A stretch of DNA of 63,979 nt, the filler included, from Ionaspis alba (taxonomy: Eukaryota), in assembly GCA_964255285.1 (NCBI GenBank). It is 4 parts of 4 records of this genome, joined end to end, with 100 filler letters (N's around TTAATTAATTAA, not from the genome) between each part and the next. Parts side by side here need not be neighbours in the genome. Positions count along the whole stretch, not along the records: positions 50,668 to 63,979 come from CAXUUL010000467.1; 3 more parts are not named here. One strand, given 5' to 3'. Made by a program: the position numbers and the translations under genes. Each line of letters starts with the position of its first letter. Positions within the stretch are counted from its first letter, which is position 1. The notes beneath the pieces are model-generated. The model ran no database searches and had not been told where the DNA came from. It saw nothing but the letters and a program-made list of their open reading frames with translations. Positions 63,915 through 63,979 of the stretch are shown piece by piece.

Positions 63915-63979
63915 ACCGTCGTGGGGTGATGAAGTCCGATACTGAACAGAGTAGTTAGAAAGATAGATAGTCAACAGTG

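Noticed and set aside
1..63979. Transposons, tRNA/rRNA genes, CRISPR arrays
   Set aside because: No transposase or reverse-transcriptase motifs, terminal repeats, recognisable structural RNA genes or spacer arrays were seen by eye; a tRNAscan/Rfam run would be needed to exclude small RNAs.

Overview
Eukaryotic DNA from a filamentous ascomycete (Pezizomycotina-type genes with short ~50-nt spliceosomal introns). It is not one continuous locus. Three artificial 100-bp linkers (N44-TTAATTAATTAA-N44 at 16806-16905, 33687-33786 and 50568-50667) join four independent contigs, and four further 100-N gaps are flanked by ~55-bp duplicated overlaps. Conserved genes: THO2 (runs off the left edge), a divergent methylcitrate synthase / methylisocitrate lyase pair, a DNF1/2-type P4-ATPase, creA (cut by a linker), PRP46, NAS6, SGM1/TMF1, a NIT2-type nitrilase, OPI3, RXT2, CPD photolyase, RPS21, a NUDT19-like Nudix hydrolase and IMPDH. 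Accessory parts: two adjacent pseudogenes (extended SDR; ankyrin + ClpB-type AAA+), a PHD+Myb-like gene, a probable Nse6/SLF2-like gene and a decaying array of F-box-like genes. The most intriguing feature is a tandem cluster of three small genes at 12083-16703. It holds two paralogous CCCH zinc-finger proteins with shared intron positions, PAM2-like poly(A)-binding-protein motifs in two of the three genes, and helical C-termini, suggesting an undescribed mRNA-regulatory module. All assignments come from reading the sequence; no database searches were run, and exon boundaries are manual.
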